Of a stretch of DNA of 64,000 nt, positions 54,331-63,216 are shown one piece after another. Made by a program: the position numbers and the translations under genes. Each line of letters begins with the position of its first letter. Position 1 is the first letter of the stretch. The notes under the pieces are model-generated. The model searched no databases. It was not told where the DNA came from and saw nothing but the letters and a program-made list of their open reading frames with translations. This DNA comes from Oscillospiraceae bacterium (lineage in GTDB: Bacteria; Bacillota; Clostridia; Oscillospirales; CAG-272): the NCBI GenBank assembly GCA_015065385.1, contig SVQK01000009.1:18021-82020 (forward strand), given 5' to 3'.

Positions 54331-56226
54331 TTATTCCAGCTCGAACGCGCCGGTGTAGAGCTGATAGTAGGTGCCCCGTTCGGCGATGAGCTTGTCGTGG
54401 CTGCCGCGCTCGATGATCCGCCCGTGGTCGAGCACCATGATGACGTCGGAGTTCATGACGGTGGAGAGCCGGTGCGCGATGACGAAAACCGTCCGCCCTT
54501 CCATCAGCTTGTCCATGCCCCGGGAGACGATGGCCTCGGTGCGGGTGTCGATGGAGGAGGTGGCCTCGTCGAGGATCATGACCGGCGGATCGGCGACGGC
54601 GGCCCGGGCGATGGCGATCAGCTGGCGCTGCCCCTGAGAGAGGTTCGCGCCGTTGCCCGTGAGCTCCGTGTCGTATCCCTTCGGCAGGCGGGTGATGAAG
54701 TCGTCGGCTCCGGCAAGACGCGCGGCCTCCCGGCAGTCCTCGTCCGAGGCGTCGAGCCGTCCGTAGCGGATGTTCTCCATGACCGTTCCTGTGAAGAGGC
54801 TGGTGTCCTGAAGAACGATCCCGAGGGAGCGGCGCAGGTCGGCCTTTTTGATTTTGTTGATGTTGATGCCGTCGTAGCGGATCTTTCCATCGGCGATGTC
54901 GTAGAAGCGGTTGATGAGGTTCGTGATGGTGGTCTTGCCCGCGCCGGTCGCTCCGACGAACGCCACCTTCTGGCCGGGCTCCGCGTAGACCGTGACGTCG
55001 GTGAGCACCTGCTTCGTCCCGTCGTAGGAGAAGTCCACGTCGAAGAGGCGGACGTCCCCGGCAAGAGGCGTGTAGGTCACGCTTCCGTCTCCGTGGGGAT
55101 GCTTCCACGCCCAGCGGCCCGTGTGCTCTTCGCATTCCTCGATGGATCCGTCGGCGTCGGTCTTCGCGTTGACCAGCGTGACGTATCCGTCGTCCGTCTC
55201 CGGCTCCTCGTCGATCAGGGCGAAGACCCGGTCCGCGCCCGCCATGCCCATGACGATCGAGTTGATCTGCTGGGACAGGTTGTTGACGTTGCCGGTGAAC
55301 TGCTTGGCCATGTTCAGAAACGGCACGATGATAGAAATGCTCAGCGGCAGGCCGGAGAGGGAGAAGTTCGGCGCGCCGGAAATCAGAAGGGCTCCTCCGA
55401 CGATGGCGGTCATGACGTAGAGCACGTTGCCGATGTTGCCGATGATCGGGCCGAGGGAGTTCGCGTAGGCGTTGGCGCGGAAGCTGTCCTCGCAGAGCTC
55501 GTCGTTGAGGCGGTCGAAGGCGGCCTTGCTTTCCTCCTCGCGGCAGAAGACCTTGACGACCTTCTGACCGTTCATCATCTCCTGAATGAAGCCCTCGGTC
55601 TTCCCCATGGTCTGCTGCTGCTTCCGGAAGTACCGCGCGGAGCCTCCGCCGAAGAACTTCGTCACGAGGAACATCGCCGCGACGCCCGCGAGAATGAGCA
55701 GCGTCAGCCATCCGCAGTACCAGATCATGATGGCGAGCACGGTCAGAAGGATGGTGCCGGAGCGGACGATCTGCGGCAGGGCCTGGGAGACGAGCTGCCT
55801 CAGGGTGTCGATGTCGTTGGTGTAGTAGCTCATGACGTCCCCGGCCCGGTGGGTGTCGAAGTACCGGATGGGCAGATCCTGCATGTGGTCGAACATGGTC
55901 CGGCGGAGCTTGCAGAGAAATCCCTGCGTCATGTACGCCAGAATGAGCTGTCCGGCGATCATGAGGCCGATGGAGAGAGCGTAGAGGACGATGAGCAGGG
56001 CGATCATGGGCATGATCTGCGCCTTTGCGGACGGCCAGTCCCCGCTGTCCACCCAGGCCTCGATCACGGCGATGATCCGCTGCTGGAAGAGGGCGGGGAT
56101 GGAGGAGACCACGGAGGAGAAGATCAGCCCGAAGGTGACAACCGGCGCGAGAACGGGGAAGTACCCGAAGAGCATTTTCAGGGTGCGCGGGATCACGCCT
56201 TTTTTCGGCTTAGTTCTGTTCGGCAT
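54331..56226 (-). CDS. ABC exporter, fused permease/ATPase (heterodimer partner 2)
   Basis: 631 aa. Six-TM exporter domain. Motifs GATGAGKTT, LSQGQRQLIAIARA and VMILDEATSSID. Confidence 0.9.
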   Translation of the reverse strand: MPNRTKPKKGVIPRTLKMLFGYFPVLAPVVTFGLIFSSVVSSIPALFQQRIIAVIEAWVDSGDWPSAKAQIMPMIALLIVLYALSIGLMIAGQLILAYMTQGFLCKLRRTMFDHMQDLPIRYFDTHRAGDVMSYYTNDIDTLRQLVSQALPQIVRSGTILLTVLAIMIWYCGWLTLLILAGVAAMFLVTKFFGGGSARYFRKQQQTMGKTEGFIQEMMNGQKVVKVFCREEESKAAFDRLNDELCEDSFRANAYANSLGPIIGNIGNVLYVMTAIVGGALLISGAPNFSLSGLPLSISIIVPFLNMAKQFTGNVNNLSQQINSIVMGMAGADRVFALIDEEPETDDGYVTLVNAKTDADGSIEECEEHTGRWAWKHPHGDGSVTYTPLAGDVRLFDVDFSYDGTKQVLTDVTVYAEPGQKVAFVGATGAGKTTITNLINRFYDIADGKIRYDGININKIKKADLRRSLGIVLQDTSLFTGTVMENIRYGRLDASDEDCREAARLAGADDFITRLPKGYDTELTGNGANLSQGQRQLIAIARAAVADPPVMILDEATSSIDTRTEAIVSRGMDKLMEGRTVFVIAHRLSTVMNSDVIMVLDHGRIIERGSHDKLIAERGTYYQLYTGAFELE

Positions 56227-57961
56227 CGCCCGTCCCTCCCTTCGTCTGCTGTTCGTACACCTCGCGGTAGATCACGCTGGTTTTGAGAAGCTCCTCGTGC
56301 GTCCCGACCGCGGAGATCCGCCCGCCGTCCAGCACGACGATCTTGTCCGCGTTTTCGACGGAGGCCGCGCGCTGGGCGATGATGATCTTGGTGGTCGCGG
56401 GGATGTATTCGGAAAATCCCTTCCGGATCAGCGCGTCGGTTTTTGTGTCCACCGCGCTTGTGGAGTCGTCGAGGATCAGGACCTTCGGACGCTTCAGAAG
56501 GGCGCGGGCGATGCACAGACGCTGTTTCTGCCCGCCCGAGACGTTGGTCCCGCCCTGTTCGATCATGGTGTCGTAGCCGTCCGGGAAGGACATGACGAAA
56601 TCGTGGGCCTGAGCCAGACGGCACGCCTCCTCGATCTCCGCGTCCGTCGCGTCTTCCTTACCCCAGCGGAGGTTGTCCCGGATGGTGCCGGAGAAGAGCA
56701 TGTTTTTCTGGAGCACCACGGCGACGGAGTTGCGCAGGGTCTCTAAATCGTATTCCCGCACGTCCCGCCCGCCAAGCTTCACCGAACCGACCGTGACGTC
56801 GTAGAGGCGCGGGATCAGCTGGATCAGGGTGGATTTGGAGGAACCCGTCCCGCCGATGATGCCCACCGTCTCGCCGGATCCGATATGAAGGCTGACGTTT
56901 TCGAGGGCGTACTTTTCCGCCTCGGCCGAATACTTGAAGGAGACGTTCTCAAAGTCCACGGATCCGTCCTTCACCTCGGTCGCGGGGCTTTCGGGATTTT
57001 TCAGCGCGCTCTCCTCGGTGAGCACCTCGCCGATTCTGCGGACGGATTCGGCGGAGATGGTGATCATGACGTAGAGCATGGAGAGCATCATGAGGGACAT
57101 GAGGATCTGCACGCCGTAGGTCAGCATGGCGGAGAGCTGGCCCACGTTGATCTGCGCGCCCCTCGTGGAGACGATGATGCGGGAGCCGACCAGCATGATG
57201 AAGACCATGTTGAAGTACAGGCAGATCTGCATGAGCGGGTTGTTCCACGCCACGATCTGCTCGGCGCGGGTGAAGTCCCGGCGGATATCCTCGGCGGCGT
57301 CCCCGAACTTTTTCTTCTCGTAGTCCTCGCGGACGAAGCCCTTGACGGTCCGCATCGCCATGACGTTTTCCTCGATCGACTGGTTCAGCCGGTCGTACTT
57401 GCGGAACACGGCCCGGAAGGTGGGCATGGCTTTCTTTGCGATGATGAGCAGTCCGGTCACGAGCACGGGGATGACGATGACGAAGGTCCCCGCCAGCGCG
57501 CCGCCCATGTAGAAGCCCATGATGACCGAGAAGATCAGCATGAGCGGGGAACGGATCGCGCCGCGGATGATCATCATGAAGGACATCTGCACGTTGGTGA
57601 CGTCCGTGGTCATGCGGGTGACGAGGGAGGCGGAGGAGAAGCGGTCGATGTTTTCAAACGAAAACTCCTGCACCCGCCCGAACAGCTCGCGCCGCAGGTT
57701 TCTCGCAAATCCCGAGGACGCGCGGGCGGCGGTGAATCCGGCGGATCCCCCGAACGCCATGGAGCAGAGGGCGAGAATCAGAAGAACAACGCCGTTTTTG
57801 ACGATTTTCTCCATCTCGCAGCCGGCGTTGATTTCGTTGATGAGATTGGCGATGACGAAGGGCATGTAGCATTCGATGGCCGCCTCGCCCAGCATGAGGA
57901 GCGGGGTGACGACGGCGAAGATCCTGTACTGCCCGATACATCGCGCGAGCCTTTTCAGCAT
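56210..57961 (-). CDS. ABC exporter, fused permease/ATPase (heterodimer partner 1)
   Basis: 583 aa. Motifs GGTGSSKST, VSGGQKQRLCIARA and VLILDDSTSAVD. Overlaps partner 2 by 17 nt. Confidence 0.9.
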   Translation of the reverse strand: MLKRLARCIGQYRIFAVVTPLLMLGEAAIECYMPFVIANLINEINAGCEMEKIVKNGVVLLILALCSMAFGGSAGFTAARASSGFARNLRRELFGRVQEFSFENIDRFSSASLVTRMTTDVTNVQMSFMMIIRGAIRSPLMLIFSVIMGFYMGGALAGTFVIVIPVLVTGLLIIAKKAMPTFRAVFRKYDRLNQSIEENVMAMRTVKGFVREDYEKKKFGDAAEDIRRDFTRAEQIVAWNNPLMQICLYFNMVFIMLVGSRIIVSTRGAQINVGQLSAMLTYGVQILMSLMMLSMLYVMITISAESVRRIGEVLTEESALKNPESPATEVKDGSVDFENVSFKYSAEAEKYALENVSLHIGSGETVGIIGGTGSSKSTLIQLIPRLYDVTVGSVKLGGRDVREYDLETLRNSVAVVLQKNMLFSGTIRDNLRWGKEDATDAEIEEACRLAQAHDFVMSFPDGYDTMIEQGGTNVSGGQKQRLCIARALLKRPKVLILDDSTSAVDTKTDALIRKGFSEYIPATTKIIIAQRAASVENADKIVVLDGGRISAVGTHEELLKTSVIYREVYEQQTKGGTGDAEQN

Positions 57962-58008
57962 AGGGCACCAGCCTTTCCGGAATTGATCCGAGGTTCAAAC
58001 TTCTATAC

Positions 58009-58037
58009 ATTGTACCTTGGATCCGCCGGGCTGTCAA
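58009..58037 (-). promoter_or_regulatory. sigma-A promoter of the ABC exporter-xth operon
   Basis: Minus strand TTGACA (complement of 58032-58037), 17 nt, TACAAT (complement of 58009-58014). Confidence 0.6.
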
Positions 58038-58040
58038 TGG

Positions 58041-58080
58041 AAAAAACAGAGAAAAACCGCGTAAACTTGTACGCGGTTTT
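58041..58080 (-). terminator. Rho-independent terminator of the 58.2-58.7 kb hypothetical gene
   Basis: Minus strand ACCGCGUA / UACGCGGU stem (58056-58063 pairs with 58070-58077), followed by UUUUUCUCUGUUUUUU. A second hairpin CCCGCGG/CCGCGGG lies at about 58108-58135. Confidence 0.7.
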
Positions 58081-58156
58081 GACGGGGAAATCCCGATAAA
58101 ACAAATTCCCGCGGAGTTTTGATCCCCCGCGGGACGGATTTGCCGATCCGTTCGGA

Positions 58157-58654
58157 TTATTTCGCGCTCTCGAAGCCGAGGAGCCTGTTCAGCATGTTGG
58201 TGACCTCGCCCATCGGAATGCCGGCGGTCGAGACGGCCTTTTCCAGCACCGTCATCGCGTGCGCCTCCGCGTTCAGGTCGCTGTAGATCTGGCGGTAGAA
58301 GTCCAGTACCGCGCGGTTGGTGGACTCTCTCGCCTCCACGACGGCGGCGATGGATCCGGATTTTTCGGGGGCGGAATTGTCGATCTTGGCGATGGCCTCT
58401 CCGATGTAGGCCGGTTCCGCGCTGATTTTCTCGATCTGGCCGAGGACGTATTCCACGGTCAGGGCGGGTTCGATTCTATTTTCAGACATTTCGGTGTCCT
58501 TTCTGAAATCATGATCGGGCGGCGACGCCAGACAGATTCTGTTGTCCCCGATCCAGCGCGCCCTCCCTTTTTTGACGAGTCCCCGCGCCCGTTTCTCGAA
58601 CGTGGGCTCGTATTCGTTTCCCGATTCGTCTGAGACAAGGACGGTTTTTCGCAT
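58157..58654 (-). CDS. Hypothetical protein with basic N-terminal module and helical C-terminal domain
   Basis: 165 aa from ATG 58654; the track uses GTG 58657. RBS AGAGG. Has its own promoter and terminators. The N-terminal EKRARGLVKKGRARW resembles the RRXRR-type basic motif (from memory, unverified). Confidence 0.65.
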   Translation of the reverse strand: MRKTVLVSDESGNEYEPTFEKRARGLVKKGRARWIGDNRICLASPPDHDFRKDTEMSENRIEPALTVEYVLGQIEKISAEPAYIGEAIAKIDNSAPEKSGSIAAVVEARESTNRAVLDFYRQIYSDLNAEAHAMTVLEKAVSTAGIPMGEVTNMLNRLLGFESAK

Positions 58655-58724
58655 CACGGAAACCTCTTGCTCATGATGTGTGACGCTGTTTTTGTCGATG
58701 GGTGCCGTCCCCGGTCACGAATAC

Positions 58725-58753
58725 AGTATAGCACATCCCGGACGCGTTGTCAA
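58725..58753 (-). promoter_or_regulatory. sigma-A promoter of the hypothetical gene
   Basis: Minus strand TTGACA (complement of 58748-58753), 17 nt, TG-extended TATACT (complement of 58725-58730). Confidence 0.6.
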
Positions 58754-58818
58754 GAGGGGGAATCCCGGGGAATCAAAACGGGATCTTCCCAAAATCAGGG
58801 AAAGTCCCGCATATGGAT

Positions 58819-59811
58819 TCAGTCCGCTCCGCCGATCCGCAGCACGGATCCGCCCCGGAACAGGGAGGCGGGGAGGCGGATGACCGGTTCCGTCTCCTCT
58901 CCCGCGATCCGCCTGAGCAGGGTTTCGGCCGCCCGTCTCCCGATCTCCTCCACCGGCTTGAGTACGACCGTCAGACGGGGACGGAGCGCTTCGGCGAGGA
59001 TCCGGTTGTCAAATCCCACGAAGGAGACGTCCCGCCCCGGAAGAAGGCCCGCCTCGGCGAGCGCGGTGACGCATCCCACGGTCAGCTCGTTGTTGGTGGC
59101 GAAAAAGGCGGTCGGAGGCTCGCAAAGGGATAAAAGCTCCCGCGTCATCCTCGCGCCGGATTCTGCTGTGTATTCCCCGGAGCGGAGAAGGCGCGGATCC
59201 GGCTCGAACCCGCGCGCGCGGCAGGCGGCGAGAAATCCGGCCCGGCGTTCCACGGGGGTGTAGTTGGAGTCCGGTCCCGTCAGAAGCCCGATCCGCCTGT
59301 GACCCGCACGGATCAGCTCTTCCGCCGCCATCCCCGCCGCCGCCTCGTTGTCGGTCAGAACCGAGACGCAGCCCTCGACGATCCGGTCGATCAGAACCGT
59401 CGGAAGACCGTCGAGGGAGCGGACAAAGGAGCTGGCGGAGGTGGTCGGCACGGCGATGAGGCCGTCGATTTTCTTCCGCCGGAGCAGATCGAGCCGCTTC
59501 TGTTCCCGGTCCGTGTCCGAGCGGCAGGAGCAGACGAGGGCGCTGTAGCCCGCCTCCTCGAGCGCCGCGTCCACCGACTGGATGATCCCGGTGAAGAACA
59601 GGTTGTCAAGCTGCGGCAGAAGGACGCCCACGGTCATGGAACGGCTGGTGCGCAGTCCGCGTGCCATTTCGTTGGGGCGGAAGTTCAGGGCGCGGATCGC
59701 CTCCTCCACAGCCCGAGCGTTCGAGTCCCGGATGCGCGTCCCGTTCAGGTACTTCGATACGGTGGCCTCCGAGACGCCCGCGAACCGCGCCACCTCGCGT
59801 ATGGTCGCCAA
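58819..59811 (-). CDS. LacI-family transcriptional regulator
   Basis: 330 aa with a TTG start 6 nt after the fucosidase stop. HTH ATIREVARFAGVSEATVSKYLNG. Periplasmic-binding-protein-like sugar-binding core. Confidence 0.9.
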   Translation of the reverse strand: MATIREVARFAGVSEATVSKYLNGTRIRDSNARAVEEAIRALNFRPNEMARGLRTSRSMTVGVLLPQLDNLFFTGIIQSVDAALEEAGYSALVCSCRSDTDREQKRLDLLRRKKIDGLIAVPTTSASSFVRSLDGLPTVLIDRIVEGCVSVLTDNEAAAGMAAEELIRAGHRRIGLLTGPDSNYTPVERRAGFLAACRARGFEPDPRLLRSGEYTAESGARMTRELLSLCEPPTAFFATNNELTVGCVTALAEAGLLPGRDVSFVGFDNRILAEALRPRLTVVLKPVEEIGRRAAETLLRRIAGEETEPVIRLPASLFRGGSVLRIGGAD

Positions 59812-59817
59812 ATCCGC

Positions 59818-61239
59818 TTACCCGAGGGTGATTTTGAGACAGTTCGTGTACTTCGTCGGCAGCTCGTCCGGGAGCTTCACGGTCAAGGCGCCCCAGTTCT
59901 GGACGAACGGAACCTCTCCGCATCCGAGCAGGGAGACGGCGGTGATCTTGTCGGATTCGCCGAAGGAGCGGATCACGGCGCGGCGGTCTTCGGGGGCGTG
60001 CATCAGGAAGGCGTAGACGTTGTTGTCCTTCGCCGTGAAGCGGTAGTCGGAGGCCGTCCACGGCACCTGAGACTCCCGGAATCCGTCGATCACCACGCGG
60101 GATTCGCCCTCGCCGAACACGCGCCACGGTCTTGTTCCGTACACGCCCTCGGAGGCCGCGTCGAACCAGCTCCCGATCTCTTCGAGGGTCCAGCGCTCCC
60201 ATTCGTCGATGGTGCCGTCCGGACGCTGGAGGATGTTCAAAAGCATCGTCCCGTTCTTCGAAATGATATCCACGAGCATTTCGATGATGTGGCCCGGCTG
60301 CTTGTAGGTCTGGCGGACGTCGTAGAACCAGTTGCCGATGCAGGTGTCGGTCTCCCAAGGATCGGGCTGGATGCCGGGAAGCTGGCTCTTCTCGATGTCG
60401 AGGGTCCCGACCTTGAAGATCTTCGCGTCCCGGTTCTTCTGGGTATAGACCGCGTTGTTGAAGCCGTATTTCTCGATCGATTTGTTGTACAGATGCGCCA
60501 CGGCCTCGAGCCCGCAGGAGAAGTCGTCCGCGCCGAAGGGGAGCTCGCTGTCGGAGTAGAGCAGATCGGGCGTGAAGCGGTCGATCATCTCCGTGACGGC
60601 GCGGAGCCAGTAGGCGCGGAATTTCGGATTCGGCGTCAGCCACGGCCAGTTCTGTTCGCTGTGCTCGTAGTTGTCGTGGTAGAAGTCGCGGTAGGCCGGA
60701 TCGTTTCCGTCGTAGGGAACCCCGGCGAACGGACCGGTCTTGTCCGCTCCCTTGTTGACGAACCACCACGAGAAGGAGGCAGCGAGGTGCTCGGTCAGTC
60801 CGAAAGGCATCGCATAACGGTCCGCCGCGGCCTTCCAGAGCGCGCAGATATCCTTGCCGGGACCGACCTTCACCGAATTGAAGCGGTTGACGGCGGAGTC
60901 GTAGTTGAAGAAGTGGTCGTGATGGGTGGCCTGCGCGACGAAGAAGCGAGCCCCCGCCCGGTGGTAGAGATCCATCAGGCCGTCCGGATCGAAGTTCTCC
61001 GCTTTCCAGAGGGCGCAGATATCCTTGTACCCGAACTTCGAGGGGTGGCCGTAATGGCGGACGTGGTAGCGGTACTGATCGGAGCCCTCGATGTACATAT
61101 TCCGGGCGTACCAGTCGCCGTACATGGGAACGGACTGCGGGCCCCAGTGGCTCCAGATGCCGAATTTCGCGTCCCGGAACCAGTCGGGCGTTTTGTGCTC
61201 GTAGAGAGATTCGAAGGTGGGTTCAAACTTTGCGCTCAT
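59818..61239 (-). CDS. alpha-L-fucosidase, GH29
   Basis: 473 aa. WFRDAKFGIWSHWGPQSVP and HHDHFFNYDS are GH29 N-terminal catalytic-domain motifs. No signal peptide. Confidence 0.92.
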   Translation of the reverse strand: MSAKFEPTFESLYEHKTPDWFRDAKFGIWSHWGPQSVPMYGDWYARNMYIEGSDQYRYHVRHYGHPSKFGYKDICALWKAENFDPDGLMDLYHRAGARFFVAQATHHDHFFNYDSAVNRFNSVKVGPGKDICALWKAAADRYAMPFGLTEHLAASFSWWFVNKGADKTGPFAGVPYDGNDPAYRDFYHDNYEHSEQNWPWLTPNPKFRAYWLRAVTEMIDRFTPDLLYSDSELPFGADDFSCGLEAVAHLYNKSIEKYGFNNAVYTQKNRDAKIFKVGTLDIEKSQLPGIQPDPWETDTCIGNWFYDVRQTYKQPGHIIEMLVDIISKNGTMLLNILQRPDGTIDEWERWTLEEIGSWFDAASEGVYGTRPWRVFGEGESRVVIDGFRESQVPWTASDYRFTAKDNNVYAFLMHAPEDRRAVIRSFGESDKITAVSLLGCGEVPFVQNWGALTVKLPDELPTKYTNCLKITLG

Positions 61240-61278
61240 AACGGTGTCCTTTCTGTGTCGGTTTTTTGTTTCGTTCTG

Positions 61279-62154
61279 TCAGTCTTCCGCCATATGACGG
61301 ATCCGCGGGATCGGGGGCATGTCGGGGAATCCGTAAAACTCCTTCGCGTTCTCCCCGAGGATCAGGGCCTTTTCACGGCCGGTGAGGGAGGCGGCGTCCG
61401 CGAGAAAATCAAGGCTCATGCGGTAGGTGACGGCGGTCATGGTGCGCGGGTAGTCGCTGCCCCACATGAGCTTTACCGCGCCTACCAGAGAAACGGCCGT
61501 GCGGAACGCTTCCACCGCCGAGGGGAAGGGCCAGAATTCGCTGTTGTACAGCCATGTGATGCCGCCGGATTCGATGCGGACGTTCTTCCGCTCCGCGAGC
61601 CGGATCTGGGAGAGCCAGTCCCCGCGCCCCGCCATGCCGAAGTGTCCCACGGCGATCCTCAGGTCCGGATACCGGTCGGCGAGGATCCCGAGGGCTTCGG
61701 TCTGGGCGTCTCCCTCCGCGAGGTCGATGAGGAGAAAGCGGTCCTTCTCCGCCGCCAGCCGGAAGACGGGCTCGTGATGCAAAAGATCCCCGTCCCTGAG
61801 CCGTCCCGCGCAGATCTTGATCCCATCGAAACCGTCCGTTTCGGGAAGCGTCCCCTCTTCATAGAGGCTTGAGACCTTGAGCCGTCCGCCGAACCGGGAG
61901 CCCATGCCGCGGAGGTATTCGTTCTGGGAGCCGTCGATCTGCTCCTGCGTGATCACGGCGGCGTTGACTCCGGCGAAGTCCATGTTGGAGAGCAGGATCT
62001 CCGCGGGGTTATCTCCGTCTGCGAGATAGGGCGGGAGCATTTGCCGGATCTCTCCGCCGAAATCCGCCCGTCCGCCCGAGAGGGGGATCACCGGCTTGCC
62101 GTTTACAAATCCCGCCTGCTTTTTCCAGAGGTGAGCGTGCGCGTCAATGATCAT
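61279..62154 (-). CDS. Amidohydrolase_2-family metal-dependent hydrolase (sugar lactonase-like)
   Basis: 291 aa. IIDAHAHLW N-terminal His-x-His. VGHFGM and WGSDYP blocks typical of the PF04909 family, which includes L-fucono-1,5-lactonase. Confidence 0.85.
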   Translation of the reverse strand: MIIDAHAHLWKKQAGFVNGKPVIPLSGGRADFGGEIRQMLPPYLADGDNPAEILLSNMDFAGVNAAVITQEQIDGSQNEYLRGMGSRFGGRLKVSSLYEEGTLPETDGFDGIKICAGRLRDGDLLHHEPVFRLAAEKDRFLLIDLAEGDAQTEALGILADRYPDLRIAVGHFGMAGRGDWLSQIRLAERKNVRIESGGITWLYNSEFWPFPSAVEAFRTAVSLVGAVKLMWGSDYPRTMTAVTYRMSLDFLADAASLTGREKALILGENAKEFYGFPDMPPIPRIRHMAED

Positions 62155-62164
62155 GGCAAACTCC

Positions 62165-63196
62165 TCAGTCGCTGAATTTCACAAGGACCTTGGCGAGGGA
62201 TCCGTCGTTGCGGACCAGCGCGTCGAACGCCTCCTGACACCGTTCTGCCGGATAGACCGCGCTGATCATGGGCGTGGGATCCACGGAGCCGTCCGCCATG
62301 AGGCCGATCAGCGTCCGGAAGTCGGCGGGGAGGCTGTTGCGGCTGCCGAAGACGTTCAGCTCCTTCTTCAAAAGGATCGAATGGAGGAAAGTCGTGTTCC
62401 GCTTGCCGTTGCCGATGAGGACGATGTTCCCGGCGAAGGCGCAGGCGTCGATGCATCCGAGGAAGGTCTCGGGAGCCCCGCATGCTTCCACGGTGACGTC
62501 GAAGCCGCCGTCCGTCATCCGCGCCGCATAGTCCGCGAAGCTCTCGCGGGAGGTGTTGACCACGCCGTCCGCTCCGAACGCGAGCGCTTTGTCGAGTCGT
62601 CCGTCCAAAAGATCCGCGGAATAGACTTCCGCGCCGAGACGTTTGGCGGAGATGAGGGCGAAGAGGCCGATCGGACCCGCGCCCGCGATGAGAACCTTGT
62701 CCCCGGGCTTCACGGCGCAGCGGGAGAGGGCGTGCCATCCGATCGAGAAGGGCTCCGCGAGGGCAAGCTGTTCGGCGGAGAGCCCGCGTCCGTCATAGAT
62801 CCGCTCCACGGGCATGGCGACGTATTCGCAGAAGCTGCCGTCCCGCTGAACGCCCATGGTCCGGTTGTCGTGACAGCAGTTGACATGTCCGCGCCGGCAG
62901 GCATAGCAGGACCCGCAGTTGAAATACGGGTTCGCCGTCACCACGTCTCCGGGACGGAGGCTTCCGTCATATCCGTCGGGCAGGGAGACGATCTCGGCGG
63001 AGAACTCGTGTCCGGGGATGCGGGGATAGCTTGTGAAGGGCTGGTTTCCGGTGTAGCTGGCGACGTCCGCGCCGCAGATGCCGCAGACCCGGATCTTCAA
63101 AAGGGCTTCCCCCGGTCCGGGAACGGGTACGGGCAGTTCGGCAAGCTCCATTTTCCCCGGTTCGGCGATGCGGACGGCTTTCATGGTCGTGTTCAT
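62165..63196 (-). CDS. Zinc-dependent medium-chain dehydrogenase (sorbitol/threonine dehydrogenase-like)
   Basis: 343 aa. GICGADV...PGHEFSAEIV (catalytic Zn). CGSCYACRRGHVNCC (structural Zn). GAGPIGL Rossmann motif. Confidence 0.9.
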   Translation of the reverse strand: MNTTMKAVRIAEPGKMELAELPVPVPGPGEALLKIRVCGICGADVASYTGNQPFTSYPRIPGHEFSAEIVSLPDGYDGSLRPGDVVTANPYFNCGSCYACRRGHVNCCHDNRTMGVQRDGSFCEYVAMPVERIYDGRGLSAEQLALAEPFSIGWHALSRCAVKPGDKVLIAGAGPIGLFALISAKRLGAEVYSADLLDGRLDKALAFGADGVVNTSRESFADYAARMTDGGFDVTVEACGAPETFLGCIDACAFAGNIVLIGNGKRNTTFLHSILLKKELNVFGSRNSLPADFRTLIGLMADGSVDPTPMISAVYPAERCQEAFDALVRNDGSLAKVLVKFSD

Positions 63197-63216
63197 GATC
63201 GTGTTCTCCTTTCCGT

